A DNA stretch of 62,863 nucleotides from Rhizaria sp. SCN 62-66 (GCA_001724265.1 MEDY01000146.1:1-62863), one strand, 5' to 3'. Shown: positions 51,249-62,553, numbered from the stretch's first letter. Notes: generated by a model not told the origin, from the letters alone. A program made the numbers and translations.

Positions 51249-54200
51249 ATGGACCAATTTGGACGGTCTCTTCGATTCTCGTCAGGCACTGCCACGGCAG
51301 CTGGCGCGCGAAACGGCGGACACAATCTTCCGTTCCCAAGCTCTTCCACAGTCTCAAACCCGCCAATGCACTTTACCACCGCCTCTGCGACGGTGCCTCC
51401 CAACAATTCGACGTCGTTATACGGCCCGTTTCGCGCGTCCAACACCGTGCCGGTCGCTTCCGCGTTTCCCCTCGCCACGGAGCGCGCGCCCCTCTCCCCG
51501 TCCTCCTCCTCCGCCCTCGCCTGCTCTGCCATAGCTCCCGCCCGCGGCGCCAGCCAGCATCGCGGCCTGTTTGCCACCCCCGCGGCCGTCACCATTGCCC
51601 CGCAGCACCCGTACCCCGTGCTGCCCGCGTACGCGCAGGTCTCTTCCCGCCCTTTGCAAGACAGCGCCACATCTGCCGCCTTCCCGTTCGCCGCCGCTGC
51701 GACCGACAGAGCGTCCCCGCACGGCCCTCACCCATACCAGCAGCAGTCCTGCGTTGTGGGGCTTGGCCAGAGAGGCACGGGCGCGCGCGCTGGCGCTGTT
51801 ATCGGCGCGTACGTGACGCCATACGACGTCGACGTGCCTCCCGTCTTTGCTCCCAGCAACACTGGCGGCCACGCGCGCGCTCTGAGCGATGACGCTGCCG
51901 CTGGCGCTGGTGCCGGCCACGTCGAGGCTAGCGGGAGTGTCGGCGTTGCTGGCGTTGGAGAGTTGACCACCGGTGCACTGTTCCAACCTCAAAGCAGCAA
52001 CTCTAGCAGCATAGGTCACAGCCACCGTCACGGACCGAGCTGCAGTCCCAGTCATAAGAGTGCTGCCAGCGCTGGCATCTTCCATGCCAGCCAGCAGCAG
52101 CAGCCGATGCTGATGCCGTCGCCGACCGAGGTCGAGAGTGAGGACTGTTACCTCATCCACAGCCCCAGCCGCGCAAGTGCGAGCCCCAAGACCCGCCGCA
52201 GCAGCAGCAACAGTAGCGCGGGCATGCGCGCGAGTGCGAGCGGTGCGACCACTGGCGCCGCCGCGACTGGCGCTGCCGCGAGTGACTACGACGAGGACGA
52301 AGGCAGGGACACGTTTTACCCCAACCCCGACCAGTCCGCCTTTGGGTCCCCCTTTTCACCCCTCAACAACAACAACACAATAATCCCCACTCACAGTAGA
52401 CTCAAGGGTTCTGGCACGAAGGCGGAGCAACAGAAGCAGCAACAGCAGCAGCAACAGCAGCAGAAGCAGCAGCAGCAGCAGCAGCAGCAGCAGTCTACTA
52501 CCCCCGCGTCTGTCTCCTCCACGACGAGTAGCAGTCCTGCCGAGCGGCCCCCGCAGCCGCCAATGTTCTGGTCCCCGCTGCCGGAGCCGCTGGCCTCTGC
52601 CCCGCGCCACCGGCCCCCGCTCACCCACTACCACCTGCGGCCCTCGCTCTCCGCGTCGGGCACGGACGTGCTCACTGTCATCACGACCCACTTCCCGCTG
52701 CTCACGGTCACGCTCGCGGTGCCGCGCACAGTCACGCACACGCGCGCCGTGCCAACCTTGGTCCCCGTCGCCGTCCCGGCCACCAAGTACGTCGCCGTGC
52801 CCTGCCGCAGCAACAGCACTGCGGCCAGCGCTAGTGCGGGTGCCGGTGCGCGCAGTGTCAACGGGGGCGCGGCGGTGGTCCGCGAAACGACTGTGGTGCC
52901 TACGGTCAACAGCCGGTGGGTGCAGCGGCTCGTGCCGGGCCGCCACACGGGCCGCTGGAAGGCCGCCACCGTGCAGGAGTTTTATGTTAAGCCGCGCAGT
53001 GTGACCACGCAGCGCGTCGTCAACACCAATTTCGGCAGCGATAGCCCGACTGCGAGCGGCCAGGCGACGACGGCGAGCGTTGAGGCGCGGTTCCACAGCA
53101 ACAATGGCTTCCGCATGGAGCCGGTGCAGGGGTGGGACTTGTCTGTGACCGAGGTGACGCAGCAGGTGACCGTGAGCGGCGTTGAGCTGGCCCAGGAGCA
53201 GCGTGTGCAGCCGCTCGTGGTGCAGGAGGTGCGCAAGGTGCGGCTGCCGGCGGGGAGCTTCGTCGTCCCGGAAGGGCTCGACTGGGAAGGCGCGCTGTGC
53301 TACGACGACAACAACAACAACAGCAACAATAACAATAGCCCGACTGGTAATCACCCTGATAATGCAGTCATTATCCCTGCTAGCCGCAGTCGGAGGAACA
53401 GTGTGACCCACGATTACTTCAGCAGCGAGACCGACAGCGTTAGTGCGAGTGCGAGCGCGAGCGGCCGTAGTGGCAGCGGCGGCGGCGGTGCTCAGCATAA
53501 CGCGGAGGAAGGCTGGTTTGATGTGTACCGTGACATTGAGAGGCAGCAGCAGCGTGAGCGCGAGCAGCATCAACGGTATATCGAACAACAACAACAACAG
53601 CAACAACAACAGCAACTTCTTCAGACTCAGCAACAGCAGCAGCTGGCTCGGGCTCTTCAGTCACAACCGTCGCCCGAGTCGCCCAATACTGCGGCCAGCG
53701 ACTTGACCCTGTCAGTGCATAGCTCCAACTCTAACAGCGCTGAGCGCGATGCTGCTCTTGCCACCCACCAGCATCAACAGCATCAACAGGCACATGAACA
53801 TCACATGCTGCTGCAGCAACAAGAGCGTGAGCTCCGGGAGCGCGAGCGTGAGCATCAGCAGCAACAGCAACAACAGCAACGTGAGCGTGACCGTGAGCGT
53901 GAGCACGGCTGGCAGCGCGTCTCCCGCGGCTCGCCAGCGTCGAAGTTAAGCCGCCCCGACTTTTCACTGATTGCACGGCCTGACGTCGATCTGACTGGAG
54001 ACAACGCTGGCGCTGCTGCCCATGCACACAGTCACTCTGCTTCTGCGCACAGTCACCCGGTGTCGATCTCAATATACACTGGCAATAGCACACATGTGAA
54101 CAATTCGAAGACGGTGTCTCACACCAGCTCGAATAGCCACAATGGCAACAAGGGCTGCTACAACAAGAGCAACAACGACGGCGGACGCGCTTCTCACGGT

Positions 54201-56891
54201 CACGGCCACGGTCACGGCCACGGCCACGGCCACGACCACGGTCACGGACGCGCTCACACTTGTAGTCACATTCGCAGTCGGAGCCGCAGTCGCCATGGCC
54301 GCAAGCACACGGGCCGTTATGAGTGTAGCTGTGATGGCAACGGCGAGCGCGAGGGCGACCGCAGCAGCAAGAGCGTGGCCACTTCTTGTCCCGACGGCTG
54401 CACTTGCGCTCAGTCTCCTGTTGCGGCTGCTGCTGCAGCAGCTGCGACCGCTCCTGTGACGGCGTCTGCGACTGCACCTGCTAACGCAACTGCGCGTACG
54501 TTTTCTGCTGTGCCCACAGTTGCGCCTGCAGCTGTGCCTGCGACACCAATGCGTGCGTTCCCCGCCCCAGTCTCTCTTCACACACCCGTCTCTGCCCCTG
54601 TTGCTGTCCCCGCTTCGTCTCTCGTCACTGCCCCGACCTCTGTCCCGGCCTCAGACTCTGCACCTGCATCTACCATTTCTGCTGCTGCTCCTGCTCCTCC
54701 TGCTGCTGCTGCTGCTGCCCCGACCAACGCCTCCTTGCAGCTCCCATGTGACGTCCGCATCGCCGGCTGCGGCTGCGCGTGCCACCCGCCGGACGCCGCG
54801 GCCGTAGCGTTGGCGACCGTTGACGTCGCCGCCGTGGACGCGGCGGCGACGCAGAGGGCCTTCGAGGACAAGTGGCTCAGCGACAAGCTGCTCTTTAGCA
54901 GTGGCAAAGCTGAGGCGGGGCTCCGTGAGAAGCCTGCATGTGCAAGTGATGTGAAGCCTGACGATGGTGGTAACGCCGACGCTGCTAGTGCCTCTGAGCG
55001 CAAGGACGACACCACCGCTGGTGTTGCTGCTGTTCACGACGATGAAGACGATGGCGATGACGATGTTCCTATTATGAAGACGGTGAAGGCAACGATCCGT
55101 CTTCCGACCAATCCCAACACGAAAACAAACGTTGACACTAACAGTAACAGCGTTTGCAGTGCAACTCGTGCGGCTGGTGTGAGCAGCAAACACTATGACA
55201 CAGAGCCGGCTCCGCTGCCTCTCAAGAATGCAACTGTTATCGCTACCCCAGCTCCTGCTGCTGCCTCTGTTGCTCAAGTTGCGACTGCGAATCCCGGCAC
55301 CAGTAAGACGAATGTTGCTTACAAAGTGGCCCATCCTGCGTATGCTTCGCATCTCGGCGCGAAGCACGGCCGTCTCAGCGCTCCTTACACGGCCGCCGCG
55401 CTGTCGAGCCTGACTGCGACGCACGTCGACTTAGGCCCTCCCCCGGCCGGTCTCCTCCCTGACACCGGCATGAACGTCAATACTCAGAAGGAGGACAACA
55501 CGGTTCATCGTCGTGCTCGTCGCATGAACATGGACAAGGTCAGCGACTGCGATTGTGGTGTCGGCTCAGGCCGTGGCGGTGGCCACCGAGGCTGCGGCTG
55601 TGGCCACGGTGGAATTGTGATCACCTCTCAGTTCACGACGACGACAGCATCAGCCCAGAGTGCTGCGCCTGAGGCACCGCCCGGTGCTGTTCCATCCCAG
55701 GTGACCTCGAACTCTGCTAGTACTGAGAACTCGAGCAGCTCCACCAACACTGTCGCAGCGACTGCAGCAGCCGCGTCAGAGGTAGCACTCAAGGCCCGCG
55801 CGTTCGTGCCCCCGCCGCCCCACGTGGCCACGGCCTTGGGCCTCATGGACCACGGGCTGCTCTACCACGGCGGCGGCCGCGGCTTGACTTCCGACGCAAC
55901 CACCGCAACCGCAGCGAGCGGCTTGACTTTGGACCAACTGCAACAGCAGCGCCAGCGTGAGATCACTGTGCGTCTGCCATCTGTCGCGGTGGACGCCGCG
56001 CTGTACCACGACGTGTCGCTGTCGCCCACGGTCACCTCGAGCACGATCCCGTCACTGCCGCCGAGCGCGCGGTCCCACTTACACGCTTACTTAGACGAGC
56101 AGGACCGCTTAGACGGGGAGCTGAACTAGTACCTAGAAGAGAGCGGGTACTTAGATGGCAGTAGGTACTTGGACAGCAACAACGCTGGCGGCAGTCACAG
56201 TGCACGGGTCTACTCTGCGAGCACTCCCAGCGGCAGCGCCAATGCTGGCGCGGGCGCTGCTGGCGCTGGCGCTGGCGCTGGTTCTGTGGTTACAGGCCCT
56301 GGCCTTACGCCAATCAAGCCGCCCACTGCGCCGTACTCGTACTACCACCCGTCAGTGCCTGCAACTGCAAGGACGAACACGAACACTGGCACCGCCGCTG
56401 CGGAGCCGGCGATTGCGAGCGGTGGTCCTTCAGTGCAGGAACTGCTGTATGAGTCCAATCTTGCGCTCAGCAAACGGATCGAGGAGCTGACTGAGAAGCT
56501 GAGCCAACATAAGACCCGTCAGGGCCAAACTGCAACTGCTCAGGCCGCCGCTCTGGCGACGGACGCAAGTTCGAGCGCCAGCGGCAGCAACATATCTGCG
56601 GCAAACGCCTTTCGCAGTGCTTCGGTGAGCAACAGCAGTGCGACTGTTTACTCTCGTTTGAGCAATAGTGCGAGCTCGCATTCCAACAACCACAGCGGTG
56701 ACGTCAATGCGACTGCGATGTCAGGGCCATCTTCATCTTCATCTTCACTCACTCAGCCGCAGTCGTCTTTTTTGAACCTTTCTTCAGAGCTGTCGTCGTC
56801 TCTCGCTGCGATGCTGAGCGACAACGCTGCGCTTGCACAGCAGGCCAATGACAGAGCTGCTGCGCTCCGTGCGGGACTGCAACGTAACTGA
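51249..56891 (+). CDS. Large low-complexity protein with a Val/Pro/Thr-rich beta segment, about 1,880 aa, with one in-frame TAG (56127-56129)
   Basis: ORFs 51249..56129 and 56169..56891 share a frame with open codons between them. A YL[DE] motif recurs on both sides of the TAG. C-terminal coiled coil VQELLYESNLALSKRIEELTEKL. Ends TGA, followed by an AT-rich spacer. Confidence 0.75.
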
Positions 56892-57332
56892 AGAGCCTTG
56901 CCACCACGTAAAGGTATGGCTTGCAACAATGACGTGAGCTCACAGAAACATATTTTCCATGTGTATGTCTATCCACATAATTGAATGAACTATTGAATCC
57001 AATGTTCCATCAAAACTTGCTCTATTACAATAGCTTGTTTTATTTCCATAAGCTTACATCAAATACAATGCTTATATCCTATCAGTAAAACAAACAACAA
57101 GTCCAACTACACTTCACAAACTCGTTTTCTTGATCGTGTCGCGAGATCGGGGAAAAAGTCAAATAAATATGGTTGTTTTTATTTCACACGAGACACGAGA
57201 CACTTTTCTGCCAAACTGAGTTCTTATGTGCATTCCACAACCAGTGGTTTAAACATCACACAAACCAAATAATACGTCAAAAACTTATATCAAAACTTTG
57301 TAACATTTCGTTTCTTCCCGAACCTGGCGTAT

Positions 57333-59087
57333 TTAGCAGTTGAGCACAAAACGCACGATCTTCTGGCACGTGCTCATCTTCCTGAGCCTGCGCTGCGTCG
57401 TTGCGTCGGCAAACACGTCCACATCGACCACGCGCGCCGCCACCGCGGCCTCGTCGTCGAAGGCGTACCCCACGGGCCCCGCGCCGGCCCGTCCCGCGCC
57501 AGCGGCCCCGCGCGCGCGCGCCCCATAGCCGCCTGCGGCGGCCGCGGCGGTGAGCGAGGACAGTGGCCCCACGGCGCCCAGGTCGGCCGCAAACGCGCCC
57601 GCGCCCGGGCAGTCGATGCCGCTGATGGAGCCATCGCCGCCGCCGAGGCCCGCGCCGCCGGTGCCCAGCTCGCCGCTGCGGGCGGCGAGGACAACCGCGG
57701 CGCCCGCGTGCGCGGAGGCGAGCGCCGTGGCCGCTCCGTGCGCCGAGACGCCCGTGTGCGCGGGGAGAAACGGCTGCACGCCGATGACGCGGCCGGCGAC
57801 AGTGAGGCGGCCGGACCGGGCCAGCGCGGCGCGCGCGGCCGCGGGGGAGGCGAAGGTCACCACGGCCCAGTTGGACATCGCGGCGGTCATCGTCGTCGCC
57901 GTGACAGGACCGAAAAACTCGAGCGCGGCGCGGACCTGCGGGAGCAGCGCCGAGTCGAAGCCGAACGCGGTGACGCGATGGCTATCATGCGAGGGCAACG
58001 CCGACCCGGAAGCCACGGCCCACGCCGGGACGGGCGTGGATTCGTACAGCGACACGGCGGTGGCAGCGGTCGACGAGTCGGCGACAGTTGTCAGCGCAGT
58101 GCTGCTCGAGCTTGCGGTTGCAGAGTCGCTGTTGTTGTAATAGTAGCTGTCTGCGCTTGCAGCGCTGCTGGGGCGCGCGGGCGTGTACGAGCTCGACAGG
58201 GTGCCGGTGAGCACCTCGGCGGCCAGAGGCTTGCTCCCCATTGCGCTCGCACTCGCGTCATGAGCGTTGGCAGAGCTAGCGTGAGTCGGGGGCGACATGG
58301 GGAAGAAGCCGTTACTGTCGGCGCTCTCTGCAGCAGCGGCATCAGCGGCGGCGGCGGCACGGGTGCGGGCGCGCGCGGCGCCCGCAGTGGCGGGGGCCTG
58401 CGCAGGGGAAGAAAAGTCGAACGCACGACGCGGTGTGGGAAACGTGTCATGCTCTTCCTCTTCTCCATGCCCAGCCGCACTAGAGTTCGCACTGTGACCG
58501 AATCGAGGGTTATTGGCGTTGGGATCGCAGCTCTGGAGGTACTCAGCACACGTCTCGCTGTCGTAGTCGTGCCAAACGGCAATAAACTGGTCCACGTCGC
58601 TGGGCTGCAGCTCCATCAGCCCGCTGGCCGAGCTTGCGGCGCGGCGGTTGAGCTCCTGCAGCAGATTCGTCCAAAAGGGCGTCGTGAAGCTGGGGCACGA
58701 AGACAAAGACGCGACCCAGCTGCCCCAGCGCGCCGCGCCGACCAACGCGGAAAGGCTGGAGACGCGCGCGGACTCGGCGCGGGACGGGTACCACGCGCCG
58801 ACCGCGGCGGCGTCGCCGGCGCCCGACGCCGAAGACGAGGACGACGCGGAGAGTGTGCTGGGGCTGTTGTGGTGCTGAGTGAGGCAGGCCACGACGAGGG
58901 GCACGAACGTGTCGTTCAGCGCATGTAAGTGTGACGCGGGCGCGGCGGGGGTCGCGGCAGCGGTGCGGGCGGTGAAGGCGGAGCTCGGGGCCGTGGTTGG
59001 AACCTTGAGGGCAGACGCGAAGCCACGCGCTGGGCCCGCAGCGGTCATCGGGGTGCGCAGGCGTGATGTGAAGGATCCATGCATCAT
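57333..59087 (-). CDS. NUP35: Nucleoporin Nup35/Nup53-like, about 584 aa
   Basis: MPPN-type RRM: VTAFGF...FGPV...SNWAVVTFASPAAARAALARSG...VIGVQP; terminal amphipathic helix STCQKIVRFVLNC. First ATG at 59087. Ends TAA. Confidence 0.78.
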   Translation of the reverse strand: MMHGSFTSRLRTPMTAAGPARGFASALKVPTTAPSSAFTARTAAATPAAPASHLHALNDTFVPLVVACLTQHHNSPSTLSASSSSSASGAGDAAAVGAWYPSRAESARVSSLSALVGAARWGSWVASLSSCPSFTTPFWTNLLQELNRRAASSASGLMELQPSDVDQFIAVWHDYDSETCAEYLQSCDPNANNPRFGHSANSSAAGHGEEEEHDTFPTPRRAFDFSSPAQAPATAGAARARTRAAAAADAAAAESADSNGFFPMSPPTHASSANAHDASASAMGSKPLAAEVLTGTLSSSYTPARPSSAASADSYYYNNSDSATASSSSTALTTVADSSTAATAVSLYESTPVPAWAVASGSALPSHDSHRVTAFGFDSALLPQVRAALEFFGPVTATTMTAAMSNWAVVTFASPAAARAALARSGRLTVAGRVIGVQPFLPAHTGVSAHGAATALASAHAGAAVVLAARSGELGTGGAGLGGGDGSISGIDCPGAGAFAADLGAVGPLSSLTAAAAAGGYGARARGAAGAGRAGAGPVGYAFDDEAAVAARVVDVDVFADATTQRRLRKMSTCQKIVRFVLNC

Positions 59088-59723
59088 TGTAAAGGGTTTA
59101 GGAAACAATACTCAGCTGGGAAATAAATTCACACACAATCTGCGCTAGGATACGGTTCGATTGTGTTTAGGGTTCGAAGGTTGACCTGTAGCGCTGTGGG
59201 AAGGGAAGATGGGGGGAGGCGCGAAAGGACAGATGAGTGAGGCAACTTTGGAGACGTATAGCACAAGCAAGGCAAGCACAGGTGCAAATATCACAGCAAA
59301 TCCAAAGAGTTTTGTGAGTTAAAACATTAGAAATACCGTCACAATTACATTTGACGACTGGAATACGTCACTCAAGGCAATACAGCGAAGGCGGTCTTCA
59401 ACGGACACACCGCAAACGACCGTGGGCATTGGTGGCTGGCTGACCGAAGCAGCGACAGGGCCGACGCGACGAAGAAGACGCTTAGAAAAGCTAGGTTTAT
59501 TCTATGAACTGAACGTTTTCTAGTTGTATGCAATGCGTTTTCTTGTCTAAGATGTGGCCCATACATGATGCCATTATTAGGCACGCTAAGTCGTTGTTTA
59601 TAGTACTCTCCCACTCACTGCCAACAATTGCATCTTGTCTCAATCCTAACGCACGCCACCTGCACTCCGCCGTCATCTCGTACATTCCCATTTGCATTTA
59701 CGCATGCTGCAGACCGTTGCCCG

Positions 59724-61244
59724 ATGTCGTCTGTGCGCACCGACTTCAGCGCGTACCCGCAGAACGTGGGCATCCTCGCCATGGACATCTTCTTCCCGAA
59801 GCAGTACATCGCCCAGGCCGACCTGGAGGCCCACGACGGCGTGTCGGCGGGCAAGTACGTCATCGGCCTTGGCCAGACGGAGCTGGCGTACTGCTCTCCG
59901 CGCCAGGACATCTACTCGCTTGCGCTCTCGGCTGTGTCGTCCTTCATGGCCAAGAACGCCGCATTGGCGACCTACGCCACCATCGGCCGCCTCGAGGTCG
60001 CCACCGAGACCATCATGGACCACTCCAAGTCGATCAAGACCGTTCTCATGTCGCTCTTCGAGGCTTCGGGCAACAGCGACGTCGAGGGCATCGACTGCAC
60101 CAACGCGTGCTACGGCGGCACCAACGCGCTTTTCAACTCGCTCGCCTGGGTCGAGTCCTCGGCCTGGGACGGACGTCTCGCGCTCGTCGTCTGCGGCGAC
60201 ATTGCCGAGTACGCTAAGGGCCCCGCGCGCCCCACCGGTGGCGCCGGCATTGTCGTCATGCTCGTTGGCCCCAACGCACCCCTTGTCGTCGAGCGCGGCG
60301 TCCGCGCGTCGCACTTTGCGCACGCCTACGACTTTTATAAGCCGCACATGCACTCGCCCTTCCCTGTCGTCGATGGCGCGCTGAGCCAAACGTGTTACCT
60401 CGACTCGCTGGACCGCTGCTACAAGGGCTACTGCGCCAAGTTTGCCAAGCAGAACGACGGCAAGCAGTTCCAGTTCGCCGACGCCTCTTACCTCGCTGCT
60501 CCCGCTGAGGCTGAGGCTGCCGCTGCCGAGGCTGAGTCTGCGGCTGCCAGTGCCAAGTACTTCGTGTTCCACGCGCCCTACAACAAGCTCGTCCAGAAGT
60601 CGTTCGCGCGCCTCTACTACACCGACTCGCTTCTGCGCGCCGCCAATGACAGCGGCGCCAGCAAGTCCGCTGCGAACGCCGCGATCGACGCGGTCTTCGC
60701 TCCCTTCGCGGGACTCGAGGCTGCTGCGTCGCTGACGAGCCGCGAGCTGGAGCAGGCCGCGGTGGGGCTATCCAAGGCGGGCTACAAGGCCCACGTTGCG
60801 CCAGGCACGCTCCTGCCGCAGTCGCTCGGCAACATGTACACCGCGTCGCTGTACGCGGGCATTCTGTCCTTGGTCTCCAACGCCGCTGCCCGCGCCGCTC
60901 TGCCTGGCCAGCGCGTCATGTGCTTCAGCTACGGCTCCGGGCTCGCGGCGTCGCTCTTCTCGCTCACCGTGCCCGACACGGCCGACGCCGCCGCCGGGCT
61001 GGCGCGCATCGCCGAGTCCGCCAACGTCGCGCAGCGCCTCGCGGCCGAGCGCACCAAGCGCACGCCCGCCGAGATGCACGAGACGCTGGGCGTGCGCGAG
61101 GCGCTGCACGGCAGCGACGAGGCCTACGTACCCGACACGCCCGTCGACGCCGAGACCTTTGCCGAGGGCGAGTACTACCTCACCGAGAGGGACGCCAAGG
61201 GCAAGCGGCAGTACAATCAGTTCTCTGCTACTGCTGCTCAGTAA
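59724..61244 (+). CDS. HMGCS: Hydroxymethylglutaryl-CoA synthase (eukaryotic type, mevalonate pathway), 506 aa
   Basis: IGRLEVATET..DHSKSIKT, catalytic NACYGGT, ARPTGGAG, FHAPYNKLVQKS, GNMYTASLY, FSYGSG. Ends TAA. Confidence 0.97.
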   Translation: MSSVRTDFSAYPQNVGILAMDIFFPKQYIAQADLEAHDGVSAGKYVIGLGQTELAYCSPRQDIYSLALSAVSSFMAKNAALATYATIGRLEVATETIMDHSKSIKTVLMSLFEASGNSDVEGIDCTNACYGGTNALFNSLAWVESSAWDGRLALVVCGDIAEYAKGPARPTGGAGIVVMLVGPNAPLVVERGVRASHFAHAYDFYKPHMHSPFPVVDGALSQTCYLDSLDRCYKGYCAKFAKQNDGKQFQFADASYLAAPAEAEAAAAEAESAAASAKYFVFHAPYNKLVQKSFARLYYTDSLLRAANDSGASKSAANAAIDAVFAPFAGLEAAASLTSRELEQAAVGLSKAGYKAHVAPGTLLPQSLGNMYTASLYAGILSLVSNAAARAALPGQRVMCFSYGSGLAASLFSLTVPDTADAAAGLARIAESANVAQRLAAERTKRTPAEMHETLGVREALHGSDEAYVPDTPVDAETFAEGEYYLTERDAKGKRQYNQFSATAAQ

Positions 61245-61577
61245 GTTCTCCAACGAGGCGTACAAGAAGTCGGTCATGGTGTTGCTAGGTGAGTTTTGGG
61301 AAAATAATGAATGTATTTTGAGTTTTTACAGTAGTATTTGTGTAACAAAAAATATTAACAATACATAAATAACGTTGTTCAGTCTGTTGTATATCTTAAA
61401 ACAAGGTTCTTTAGGTCTTAAAGAGCAGCTATTCAATGATATATCGACTTTTCATGATCTAAAAACGTTTTTTTGATCTAAATGATTGAATTACATGACA
61501 TACTTCAAAATGATGTCGACTAGAGATTATCATGGTTGTGCTCAACTTGAGACCAGACCCGCTGGGCTGGCTGACCA

Positions 61578-61646
61578 CATTCGCGAACACAGGGCGGTTT
61601 GAACCGCCTTGTTAAGACAAGCCGCGGATATTCGCGAAGATCCTTC
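61578..61646 (+). promoter_or_regulatory. Putative heat-shock elements upstream of HSP70
   Basis: TTCgcGAA inverted nGAAn pairs at 61580-61587 and 61631-61638, about 460-515 nt upstream of the HSP70 ATG. Confidence 0.45.
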
Positions 61647-62095
61647 TTCGCACTCAGTCCGAGGCCCTGGAATCAGGAACTCTTAAGGACCTTAAATACG
61701 CAACGCATGAGTGTTTGAAAGTGCTGATGGTTGCGAAGATAAATTTAATGTTGATACTATTTGTGGTTTATTTCCTTGATGCAAAACCGCGAAGATCTAT
61801 GCCGAGATGTGGGTTGCAAAGGTGTAGCCACGTCAGCGTCCATGCAACCCAAGCTCCGGATGGTACTACCTATTGCGCGATCATGATGATCCCGTGGGCG
61901 TTCTTCTTGGTTATACTGCTTATGATAGAGCCGCATATGTGCTGTATACGCTAGATCTTCCCGATATCTTTATGTGCGTGTTTATGCTGTGCTTGACATC
62001 TTTTTCATGTCGGGCCTCCCCAGACTGTCCGATGCTCACTTCCTTTGTCTCCGTTGTTCGCCTCTTTCTTTGGCTTTGTTTGTTGCTTTGTGTAG

Positions 62096-62512
62096 ATGTC
62101 CACTACTGGTGTCTCCGTCGGTATCGACCTCGGTACCACGTACTCGTGCGTCGGCGTGATGCGCAACAACCGCGTTGAAATCATCGCCAACGACCAGGGT
62201 AACCGCACCACCCCTTCCTACGTCGCCTTCACTGAGACTGAGCGTCTCGTTGGTGAGGCTGCCAAGAACCAGGCTGCCATGAACCCTAAGAACACTATCT
62301 TCGATGCTAAGCGCATGATCGGCCGTGAGTTCGACTCCAAGGAGATCCAGAGCGACATGAAGCTCTGGCCCTTCAAGGTCGTTCGCGATGGCAAGAAGCC
62401 CGCCGTCGAGGTTGAGTTTAAGGGCCAGACCCAGGTCTTCAAGCCCGAGGAGATCTCCGCCATGATCCTCACCAAGATGAAGGGTGTTGCCGAGGAGTTC
62501 CTTGGCGAGCCC

Positions 62513-62553
<41 letters not shown>

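Noticed and set aside
6156-56129. Pyrrolysine or selenocysteine insertion
   Set aside because: Sec uses UGA and Pyl is not known in eukaryotes; the sites are not in recognisable catalytic motifs and no shared downstream structure was seen
6121-56143. Mini-introns removing each in-frame TAG (e.g. 6145-6165, 41550-41576)
   Set aside because: Frame-preserving GT..AG pairs exist but lack the GTA[CT]G donor, composition and 156-184 nt length of the six real introns; not excluded without RNA-seq
59166-59172. TTTAGGG telomere-like motif
   Set aside because: Single copy, expected by chance
16600-61400. Many overlapping 60-480 aa alternative-frame and antisense ORFs
   Set aside because: Expected from stop-codon scarcity in GC-rich coding DNA; Arg/Pro-rich translations with no motifs
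61575-61960. Box C/D snoRNA (U14-like) near HSP70
   Set aside because: ATGATGA is present near 61883, but there is no suitably placed CTGA D box or full U14 antisense elements
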